Shown piece by piece: positions 48,991 through 56,320 of a DNA stretch of 64,000 nucleotides. How positions within the stretch are numbered: position 1 is the stretch's first letter; every line of letters begins with the position of its first letter. Location: NCBI GenBank assembly GCA_905181955.1, contig CAJJAC010000003.1, positions 38,114 to 102,113 of the forward strand, given 5' to 3'. Both the position numbers and the translations under genes were made by a program. This DNA is from SAR86 cluster bacterium SAR86B. GTDB lineage: Bacteria > Pseudomonadota > Gammaproteobacteria > Magnimaribacterales > D2472. The notes beneath the pieces are model-generated. The model did not search any database and was not told the origin of the DNA. It worked only from the letters and a program-made list of their open reading frames with translations.

Positions 48991-50136
48991 CTATTTAATT
49001 AGAACTTCTTGACCATTCTCAAGATCATTGCTTGGATCTGTAACTACATTATCACCAGCTATAACTCCATTGATTAACCTACTGAAATTTGAGGATGAAC
49101 TTCCAACACTAACTTTAGTTTTCGTTAGCAAACCATTTTTAATAACAAATACATAAGATAAATTACCTTCTTTTATAACAGAAGACGATGGGACCATTAC
49201 TCCTTCAAGTTTTTTTGGAGCTTTATTCATTTGTTCCTTTAAAAATGAAACTTTTGCACCCATATCAGGTAGCACTCTTTCATCCTTTTCTAATAATCCT
49301 ATCCTTACTTTAACAGTGGCTTTATTTCTATCAGCAGTAGGAATGATTGCTATAACTTCAGAGGCTATATCCCAATTTGGGTACGCATTAAGATTTGTTA
49401 TAGCAGGTTGACCTGCTTGAACTCTATTGATGTATGACTCATTCACATCAACCTCAACTTCTAAAGAGCTCATATCAACGATAGTCCCTATACCTGTTCT
49501 AGTGAAGCCACCACCAGCAGAAACTGGAGAAATCATTTCGCCTGGCTGCGCAGCTTTATTTATTACAACACCAGAGAAAGGGGCACGTATCTGCATGTCT
49601 GCAACTATCTGCTTACTAATATCCAACCTTGCTTTTAATCCGTCTACCTGAGATTCAGCTGCATCTAATGATGCCTGGCTGGCAAGATTATCTTTTCTTA
49701 GCTCTAAAGTTCTATTAAAAATTCTTCGAGCTTCTTTTAATTGAGTTTTAGCAAAATTTAACTCTGCTTGGACCGTACTATCATCAAGTTGAGCCAATAT
49801 CTGATTTTTTTCAACAAACATACCTTCTTCTATATAGACTTCTAATACTTTGCCAGTAATTTTAGATGAAACTGTCGCTTGCATTCTAGCTGTCACATAT
49901 CCAGAAGCATCTAATACGCTAGCAGCAGCATTATCTGACTGATTAGCTGATTTAGCTGTATAAGTATTAACTTCTATAAGCTCATCTTCGGATAAGAAAA
50001 CCAATTGGACAAAAGTAAGCGCAATAACTAGCGCAACAGTAGCTAATAAAAATTTTGTTACTAAAGAGCCTTCAGATTTATTGTTTTCTGATCGATCAAT
50101 CTTTAAATCATTTAAAAGATCTTTTTTATCACTCAT
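48991..50136 (-). CDS. Periplasmic adaptor (membrane fusion protein, HlyD/MacA family)
   Basis: 381 aa. N-terminal TM anchor, coiled-coil hairpin region, and lipoyl/beta-barrel motifs (ITGKVLEVYIEEGMFVEKNQILAQLD). AAGGAG lies upstream of the ATG. Confidence 0.85.
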   Translation of the reverse strand: MSDKKDLLNDLKIDRSENNKSEGSLVTKFLLATVALVIALTFVQLVFLSEDELIEVNTYTAKSANQSDNAAASVLDASGYVTARMQATVSSKITGKVLEVYIEEGMFVEKNQILAQLDDSTVQAELNFAKTQLKEARRIFNRTLELRKDNLASQASLDAAESQVDGLKARLDISKQIVADMQIRAPFSGVVINKAAQPGEMISPVSAGGGFTRTGIGTIVDMSSLEVEVDVNESYINRVQAGQPAITNLNAYPNWDIASEVIAIIPTADRNKATVKVRIGLLEKDERVLPDMGAKVSFLKEQMNKAPKKLEGVMVPSSSVIKEGNLSYVFVIKNGLLTKTKVSVGSSSSNFSRLINGVIAGDNVVTDPSNDLENGQEVLIK

Positions 50137-50185
50137 ATCTAGTCTCCTTTATATAATTCTACACGAAGAGATATAAATGTAACCT

Positions 50186-51034
50186 TTAAAGATTATGATT
50201 TTTGCTTTTGTTTAAATTCCACTCAGGAGGGCCAAAAAAAGAATTAAATCGCTCATTTGAATTAGCTGAGTTTTTAAAGTCTTCAATCATTTTAATCCAA
50301 TTCATAAATGTAATTTTTATAGGATTAAAAGTTTTAACATTTTCAGTTATTCCAAATGTAACTTTATTTTTCTCTTTAGCAAAAGTTCCAAAGACTCTGT
50401 CCCAGACAATAAACATATTTCCATAATTTTTATCAATGTACTCTGGGTTGGAGGCGTGATGAACTCTATGGGAGGAGGGTGTAACAAATACATATTCAAG
50501 AATCCCAAGAGTTCTGATGGATTGAGTATGGCCTGTAATGCCCCATAAGGTTGCTGCTGCTCCAGCCAAAGCGGTAATTAAAGGATCAAAGCCTATAAGA
50601 GGAAGTACTAAGAAAAAAGGAACTTTAGTTATAGGACCAAACCAAGCTTGACGAAGAGCTACAGTGAAATTCATTTCTTCACTAGAATGATGATTCATAT
50701 GTACAGCCCACATGAATCTAACTCTATGAGAAAATCTGTGATACCAATAGAAAACAAAATCTATAACTAAGAATGTAAGGATCCACACAGTTGCTGATGA
50801 AAACATTTCATTAATAGTAAATATACGAAACTCATATAAATAAAAATAGAAAAATATAATTGAACCCTTAGTCCCTATATTTACAATAATATTGCCAGCT
50901 AAGAGCCCAAATCCAGCCATACTGTCATCAAGCTTATATAAAGAAAGATTATTAATTTTTGAATAAATAGTTTCAGCAATAATCATGCTAATAACAATAG
51001 GGATGCCGTAGGTATATAAGTTTATATCGGTCAT
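50186..51034 (-). CDS. Fatty acid hydroxylase / sterol desaturase family membrane protein
   Basis: 282 aa. Histidine boxes are HRFSHR, HMNHHS and HRVHH. Confidence 0.8.
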   Translation of the reverse strand: MTDINLYTYGIPIVISMIIAETIYSKINNLSLYKLDDSMAGFGLLAGNIIVNIGTKGSIIFFYFYLYEFRIFTINEMFSSATVWILTFLVIDFVFYWYHRFSHRVRFMWAVHMNHHSSEEMNFTVALRQAWFGPITKVPFFLVLPLIGFDPLITALAGAAATLWGITGHTQSIRTLGILEYVFVTPSSHRVHHASNPEYIDKNYGNMFIVWDRVFGTFAKEKNKVTFGITENVKTFNPIKITFMNWIKMIEDFKNSANSNERFNSFFGPPEWNLNKSKNHNL

Positions 51035-51202
51035 ATCTTCAGTATTTTAAAACTTTTAAAAAGGTTTTTTAATCTGATTTATTTTCTTGTTCGAGAATTC
51101 CCTTTTCTTTAAGTTTGTTTTCAAGCATGACAACTTTTGCAAGTGCTGCTATACCAAAAACAAAACCAATCACCGCAAATCCTTCCATAATCTAATCCTA
51201 TA

Positions 51203-52339
51203 TTATTTATGTGGCGTAACTAAAAACTTAGTTCCAGTGGCTTGCTTGCCATAACTTTGAATAGCTTCAGGTTGAAGCATTTCTTCAAATGAAACTTCTT
51301 GAGTATAATGACTAGCAAAAGTAGTATTAATTTCTTTAGCAACTCTTTCACGCATAGCCATAAATTTCTCCATACCTATTCTTCCAATCATAGGAGTTAG
51401 CAACCAACCACCAAGACCCCAACACATCCCATAAGCTCTATTTAAAACTGTAGGAGATGGATCTAAGCCGCCGTAGATATAAACCTGTTTATATGTGTCT
51501 GAACCATAGCGACTATATTCAACGGCAGTTTTGTTTGCTGCAATTTCCATTGCTGAAAGAATTTGACCTGCTAATTTACCTTCGTTACCGCCTCCAGTTG
51601 CATCAAAGCCAAGCGTTGCACCAGTTGCAACTAAAGCATCAACAAGACTTTCCATAAAATCTGGAGAGCTGGTGTTGCATACATACTCAGCACCAAGGCC
51701 TTTTAATAAATCTACATGCTCATCTTTACGAACAATATTAACTAATGGAACTGAATCATCTTTACATATCTTGACAAGCATTTGCCCAAGATTAGATGCC
51801 GCAGCTGTATGAACAAGAGCTGTATGATTTTCTAATTTCATAGTCTCCACAAAACCTAAAGCTGTTAATGGATTTACAAAAGAAGAAGCAGCTTCTCTTG
51901 AGGAAGTTCCATCCTCCATAACTAAGCAATTCATTGCTGGGACACATCTATACTCTGAGTACATTGCTCCGCCGGCAACACCTACTGTTTTACCAATTAA
52001 ATGTTGAGCATTGACACCGGCTGCCTCAACAATACCACCACCTTCATTACCTGCCTGCATTGACTGATCTAGTCTAGGCGTCATAGCTTTCATAAGACCT
52101 TTATGAATATCCATAGTTGCAACCGTTTCATCTCCAGAGCCTGAAACCGTTAAAGTTGATGGATCTGATGCAAAACTTAATAAAAGAGCGAGGTCAGATG
52201 GATTGATTGGGGCAGCCTCAACCTTTATTAGCACCTCATCATCTTTTGGCGTTGGCTTATCTACAGTAGCTATAGAGAGATGTAATTTTCCCTCACTAGT
52301 AATTTCTGTTCTTATCTCTCTACAAGTTTCTTGTGTCAT
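51203..52339 (-). CDS. Medium-chain dehydrogenase/reductase (quinone oxidoreductase-like) family protein
   Basis: 378 aa. GroES-like N-terminal domain (VLIKVEAAPINPSD) and a Rossmann region (HTAAASNLGQM). Substrate is unknown. Confidence 0.7.
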   Translation of the reverse strand: MTQETCREIRTEITSEGKLHLSIATVDKPTPKDDEVLIKVEAAPINPSDLALLLSFASDPSTLTVSGSGDETVATMDIHKGLMKAMTPRLDQSMQAGNEGGGIVEAAGVNAQHLIGKTVGVAGGAMYSEYRCVPAMNCLVMEDGTSSREAASSFVNPLTALGFVETMKLENHTALVHTAAASNLGQMLVKICKDDSVPLVNIVRKDEHVDLLKGLGAEYVCNTSSPDFMESLVDALVATGATLGFDATGGGNEGKLAGQILSAMEIAANKTAVEYSRYGSDTYKQVYIYGGLDPSPTVLNRAYGMCWGLGGWLLTPMIGRIGMEKFMAMRERVAKEINTTFASHYTQEVSFEEMLQPEAIQSYGKQATGTKFLVTPHK

Positions 52340-52387
52340 TATTGTTCCCTTATTTTGTTATATGTAAATATCTATAAGTAGTATAAA

Positions 52388-52407
52388 CCTTAGAGTTTAC
52401 TCTAAGG
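52388..52407 (-). terminator. Candidate intrinsic terminator downstream of pip
   Basis: Perfect 8-bp inverted repeat CCTTAGAG-TTTA-CTCTAAGG, starting 5 nt after the pip stop. On the minus strand it is followed by TTTATAC. Confidence 0.4.
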
Positions 52408-52412
52408 CAATA

Positions 52413-53366
52413 CTAATTTTTTCCAAATTCATTTGTTGCCGATATCAGAGCATGTGTGATTTCTTTTTCAAAAGCTGTATGCCCTGAAGAGGGTGCTATT
52501 ATCATCTCAGCTTCTGGCCATGCTTCAGATAACTCCCATGCAGTCTTCATTGGACAAACTACATCATATCTTCCCTGAACAATCACAGTTGGAATTGAAC
52601 GAATCTTATCTATATTTTCTATTAATTGATTTTCAGTTTTAAACCACCCTTTATTAATAAAATAATGGTTTTCAATAAGAGCAAATGCTAATGCAAATTC
52701 AGGATCTGAAAACTCTTCTACTAATGAAGGCTTGTAACTTAAACTACTAGTTGCAGCTTCCCATCTTGACCATGCTATTGCAGCATTGAGCCTCTTTTGC
52801 TTATCATCACTTGTAAATATTTTATGATAAGCGCTCATCAAATTATCTCGCTTATCCTCATCAATAATTTCTAAAAAACCACTCCATGCTTCTGGAAAAA
52901 TTCTACTTGCACCATCTTGATAGAACCAATGGAGCTCTTCTTTTCTTAATAGGAATATACCTCTTAGAACGATCTCACTTACAGATCCAGGATGCGCTTG
53001 AGCATATGCAAGAGAGAGAGTGCTTCCCCAGGAACCGCCAAATACTAACCACTTTTCAATACCTAATTTATTTCTTAGATTTTCTATATCAGAAACCAGA
53101 TCCCATGTTGTATTATTTTCTAAACATCCGTGGGGCTTACTTCTTCCACAACCTCTTTGATCAAAAATAACTATTCTATAAATAGCAGGATTAAAAAAAC
53201 GTCTTACATCTTCACTGCCACCACCGCCAGGACCGCCATGAAGAAAGACAGCCGGCTTACCTTTTGGATTTCCGCATTGTTCATAATAAATATTATGATT
53301 ATCAATATCTAGAAAGCCAGAATCATATGGATGAATTTTAGGATATAAAGTTAATTGATTAGACAT
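52413..53366 (-). CDS. pip: Prolyl aminopeptidase (proline iminopeptidase, S33 alpha/beta hydrolase)
   Basis: 317 aa. Contains YYEQCGNPKGKPAVFLHGGPGGG and the nucleophile elbow GGSWGSTL. Confidence 0.9.
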   Translation of the reverse strand: MSNQLTLYPKIHPYDSGFLDIDNHNIYYEQCGNPKGKPAVFLHGGPGGGGSEDVRRFFNPAIYRIVIFDQRGCGRSKPHGCLENNTTWDLVSDIENLRNKLGIEKWLVFGGSWGSTLSLAYAQAHPGSVSEIVLRGIFLLRKEELHWFYQDGASRIFPEAWSGFLEIIDEDKRDNLMSAYHKIFTSDDKQKRLNAAIAWSRWEAATSSLSYKPSLVEEFSDPEFALAFALIENHYFINKGWFKTENQLIENIDKIRSIPTVIVQGRYDVVCPMKTAWELSEAWPEAEMIIAPSSGHTAFEKEITHALISATNEFGKN

Positions 53367-53421
53367 GCCCTATTATTATTTAAGTTATAAAAATGTTCTA
53401 CAACATTTAAACAATTTCTCT

Positions 53422-53868
53422 TCACCCATTTTTTTCAACATGGGTTCGTAGTATTTCTTTCATAAATTCAAAGTTCCTCTCACCAATACTCCAAGACAAT
53501 TTCTCCTCTATTTTTATTAAATGATCTGCGCCTTGTTTTCTCACTGCCTGACCTTTTTCAGTAATTACTATTAAACGATCTTTTTTATTATCATTGCTGC
53601 TAATTAAATCTAGATAACCTAATTCTTTAAGTCGATGAGTTTTTTTATGAACAGCCTGCCGAGAAATACCCAAGCTTCTTGCTAATTCTGAAATAGATTT
53701 TTCTTTTCCCCTAAGAGCATTGAATATTTTAACTTCCGCAGGAGAGCCTTGATATTCTGAATTCTTATTTAATTCAATCATTTCAGCTTCCATCCACTCA
53801 GATACCTCTAGTATTAGACGCAAGAAATTACCTTCAAGAAAGGTTTTATAGTTATTATTGTCAACCAT
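53422..53868 (-). CDS. MarR family transcriptional regulator
   Basis: 148 aa. Winged-HTH region is ISELARSLGISRQAVHKKTHRLKELGYL. Confidence 0.85.
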   Translation of the reverse strand: MVDNNNYKTFLEGNFLRLILEVSEWMEAEMIELNKNSEYQGSPAEVKIFNALRGKEKSISELARSLGISRQAVHKKTHRLKELGYLDLISSNDNKKDRLIVITEKGQAVRKQGADHLIKIEEKLSWSIGERNFEFMKEILRTHVEKNG

Positions 53869-53878
53869 ATTGACAATA
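53856..53878. promoter_or_regulatory. Palindromic candidate MarR operator overlapping divergent promoter
   Basis: TATTGTCAA-ccata-TTGACAATA has perfect 9-bp arms. It overlaps the marR start codon (53866-53868). It also contains TTGACA (53870-53875), followed 17 nt later by TATCTT (53893-53898), reading toward the + strand membrane gene. Confidence 0.45.
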
Positions 53879-53922
53879 TAGCATAAATTATCTATCTTAT
53901 TAAGCTAAAGTAATTAAAGTAC

Positions 53923-54900
53923 ATGAAATATTTCAATACAACAGGATTTTTAAAGGATAGAATTTTGTTTCTTAGCATAGCAATTTGGTTAGCTGCAACA
54001 TTATTTTATTTTGTTTTTGTTTTTATGGGCTTTGCTTTATCTCCAATTGCAGAAGATGGATTAACGAGCTTGCTAACTGTTTATATTCCCGTTGTTACAT
54101 TAAGTGTCTTTTTACTCCTTTACCTAACTAGAAAACGTAAAGCGATTGCTTGGGATGAGCTTTATGCTGTCAATAAAAATACTGCAAAAAAAGAAGCATG
54201 CTTTGCTGTCTTTTATCTAGTTATTACACAGCTTATTTTAGGAGCTGGATTTAATATGGGCCTGCATTTTCCTGGAACAGATGTATATTATTCAGGAAGT
54301 CATTCACAAGCAGATATTTGGATTTGGGTAATTGCATATACTTTTATCTACACAATTCTTCCAATACTTTGGCTTCAGCAAAAAGGATTTTCTCTGAAAA
54401 AACTTTTTTCTTCCTTTAATTGGATCCGTGATATGTGGATTATTGTGGCATATTGGGCATTAGATTTTTTTGGTCCAATTTTTAGTGGATCTACTGATTT
54501 TATTGGCGGCATTAGCCCCACTCAGTATTTACAAGGAGTGCCTTGGGGCGTATTTATAAATACCCTGGGCGCCGGACTTCCGGTTGTAGTAATGATGCAT
54601 ATGATTTTTATCCCGCGCATTGCAGTTATAGTTAAAAATAAATTTACTGTAATCCTAATTGGAGGCCTTTTTTATTCACTATTTAGCATGTTCGATCAAG
54701 GTGTAGATTACAGCACGGTTGGAACTGGTTTAACTAGCTTTACTTATATTATTATGACTCAAACGCTTGTGGGTATGGGCAAAGCAACATTCACTGTTGT
54801 CACAGGCAACCCTTTTATTCATTTTATTTCGCTGCATGTTATCAGCGCTCGCATTCCTTTTGATACAAAAATGTATATTGAGATTTTTAATTTAAAATAA
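53923..54900 (+). CDS. Hypothetical polytopic membrane protein (about 8 TM), divergent from marR
   Basis: 325 aa with long hydrophobic segments. No family motif recognised; I looked for CPBP EExxxR/HxxxN motifs and did not find them. Confidence 0.5.
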   Translation: MKYFNTTGFLKDRILFLSIAIWLAATLFYFVFVFMGFALSPIAEDGLTSLLTVYIPVVTLSVFLLLYLTRKRKAIAWDELYAVNKNTAKKEACFAVFYLVITQLILGAGFNMGLHFPGTDVYYSGSHSQADIWIWVIAYTFIYTILPILWLQQKGFSLKKLFSSFNWIRDMWIIVAYWALDFFGPIFSGSTDFIGGISPTQYLQGVPWGVFINTLGAGLPVVVMMHMIFIPRIAVIVKNKFTVILIGGLFYSLFSMFDQGVDYSTVGTGLTSFTYIIMTQTLVGMGKATFTVVTGNPFIHFISLHVISARIPFDTKMYIEIFNLK

Positions 54901-55033
54901 GTCTTTACATTTGTTATTAAATTTATTTAAATATAGTAATCGTGATTTGATCTGATTGCCGCGATAAAAAATAATGAGCTAAAACGGAAACTATTCCCAG
55001 GATTTAACTACACACTAAATGGAGTTTAACAAA

Positions 55034-55050
55034 AACTACTTTTAGTAGTT
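55034..55050 (+). terminator. Terminator/attenuator-like hairpin in the BHMT leader
   Basis: AACTACT-TTT-AGTAGTT (7-bp stem) preceded by an A-run and followed by CTTTATT. It could terminate the upstream membrane gene or act as a leader attenuator. The stem is weak and AT-rich. Confidence 0.3.
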
Positions 55051-55109
55051 CTTTATTGCATTGCACATAAGTGAACAATAATCGAACTTTATTATGGAGA
55101 TAGAATGAG

Positions 55110-56168
55110 ATGAAAAGACAATTAATAGAAAGATTAAATGAAGGTCCTGTAATTTGCGCCGAAGGTTTTTTATTTGAGATAGAAAAAAGAGGTTATTTAG
55201 CAGCTGGGGAGTTTGTTCCCATGGTTTCTTTGGAACATCCAGAAGCATTGGAGAATCTACATAAAGATTTTCAACATGCCGGATCAGATGTTGTCGAGGC
55301 ATTTACTTATAATGCACACCGAGAAAAAATGAGAGTTATTGGCAAAGAAGACCTTCTTGAGCCTTTAAATAGAGCTGCATTGAAAATTGCAAAAAAAGTT
55401 GCTGATAATCCTATTGGTGGAGGTGAGGCTAACTTGATGGCAGGAAATATTTCAAATTCAAATATATGGGAAGAGGGCAATAAAGATTCTCATGCTGAAG
55501 TCGAAAGAATGTTTAATGAAATGGTTGAATGGTCAGTAGATGAGGGCGCAGACATGTTAGTTGGTGAAACTTTCTATTATGCTGAAGAGGCATATATGGC
55601 TTTAGATATCATTCAAAAAGCTGGATTACCTTCAGTAATTACAATCGCCCCAATGGCAGAAAATGTTATGAGAGACGGTATTTCAATTATGGATACTATG
55701 AAAGAGTTAGAACAAAGAGGTGCTGATGTAGTCGGTATGAACTGTTTTAGGGGTCCTGATACTATGATGCCTTACTTAAGAGAAGCAAGAAAAGTACTTA
55801 AATGTCATATGGGTGCTTTACCACTTCCTTATAGAACTACTCCGGAGCATCCAACCTTCTTCAATCTTCCAGATGAGCACGGGTGTACATGTCCTGCACC
55901 GCATGGAAGAACCTTCCCAACTGCTCTTGATCCAATGTATATCAATAGATATGAAATGCATGCCTTTGGTAAAGAAGCTGCAGAATTAGGTATCAATTAT
56001 TTAGGAGTGTGTTGTGGTGCGACACCTATGCACATTAGGGAAGTTGCTGAAGCTGCCGGCTTGATAGTTCCAGCAAGCAAATATAGAGAAAATATGTCAA
56101 ATCATTTTATGTATGGAACTAACGAAAGAATTGCAAAACATATGCAAGATTATGGCGACGAAGCATAG
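55110..56168 (+). CDS. bhmt: Betaine--homocysteine S-methyltransferase (BHMT, Pfam S-methyl_trans family)
   Basis: 352 aa. Colinear with animal BHMT as I recall it (ERLNEGPVICAEGFLFEIEKRGY..., EHPEALENLHKDFQHAGSDV). Zinc-ligand cysteines are present in GMNCF and GVCCGATP. GGAG lies 10 nt upstream. Confidence 0.85.
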   Translation: MKRQLIERLNEGPVICAEGFLFEIEKRGYLAAGEFVPMVSLEHPEALENLHKDFQHAGSDVVEAFTYNAHREKMRVIGKEDLLEPLNRAALKIAKKVADNPIGGGEANLMAGNISNSNIWEEGNKDSHAEVERMFNEMVEWSVDEGADMLVGETFYYAEEAYMALDIIQKAGLPSVITIAPMAENVMRDGISIMDTMKELEQRGADVVGMNCFRGPDTMMPYLREARKVLKCHMGALPLPYRTTPEHPTFFNLPDEHGCTCPAPHGRTFPTALDPMYINRYEMHAFGKEAAELGINYLGVCCGATPMHIREVAEAAGLIVPASKYRENMSNHFMYGTNERIAKHMQDYGDEA

Positions 56169-56178
56169 ATTTATTAAA

Positions 56179-56254
56179 TGGTGGCCTGAGGTAGAATCGA
56201 ACTACCGACACAAGGATTTTCAATCCTTTGCTCTACCGACTGAGCTATCAGGCC
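56179..56254 (-). tRNA. tRNA-Phe (anticodon GAA), CCA encoded
   Basis: The reverse complement is GGCCTGATAGCTCAGTCGGTAGAGCAAAGGATTGAAAATCCTTGTGTCGGTAGTTCGATTCTACCTCAGGCCACCA. It folds as a cloverleaf with a 7-bp acceptor stem, anticodon loop TTGAAAA and GTTCGATTC T-loop. Very close to E. coli tRNA-Phe. Confidence 0.95.
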
Positions 56255-56269
56255 TTAAAGTGAGATTGG

Positions 56270-56298
56270 ATTATAGAAAAGATTTAAGCCAATGTCAT
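56270..56298 (-). promoter_or_regulatory. Candidate sigma-70 promoter for tRNA-Phe
   Basis: On the minus strand: ATGACA (56298-56293), a 17-nt spacer, then a perfect TATAAT (56275-56270), 15 nt upstream of the mature tRNA 5' end. Confidence 0.5.
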
Positions 56299-56320
56299 TA
56301 AGATTAGTAATTGAAATTAA

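Noticed and set aside
55080-55088. 9-nt identity (AATCGAACT) between the bhmt leader and the T-arm region of tRNA-Phe (56195-56203), considered as an att-site remnant of an island integrated at the tRNA 3' end
   Set aside because: The match does not extend on either side. A 9-mer match is roughly within chance for this search space. No integrase or other mobility gene lies between the two copies.
55042-55302. 86-aa minus-strand ORF overlapping the bhmt start and leader
   Set aside because: It is antisense to bhmt, has no motif or start context, and is more simply explained as chance.
56113-56301. 62-aa + strand ORF spanning the bhmt 3' end and downstream
   Set aside because: It runs straight across the tRNA-Phe gene (56179-56254) and its promoter, so it is an artefact of ORF calling.
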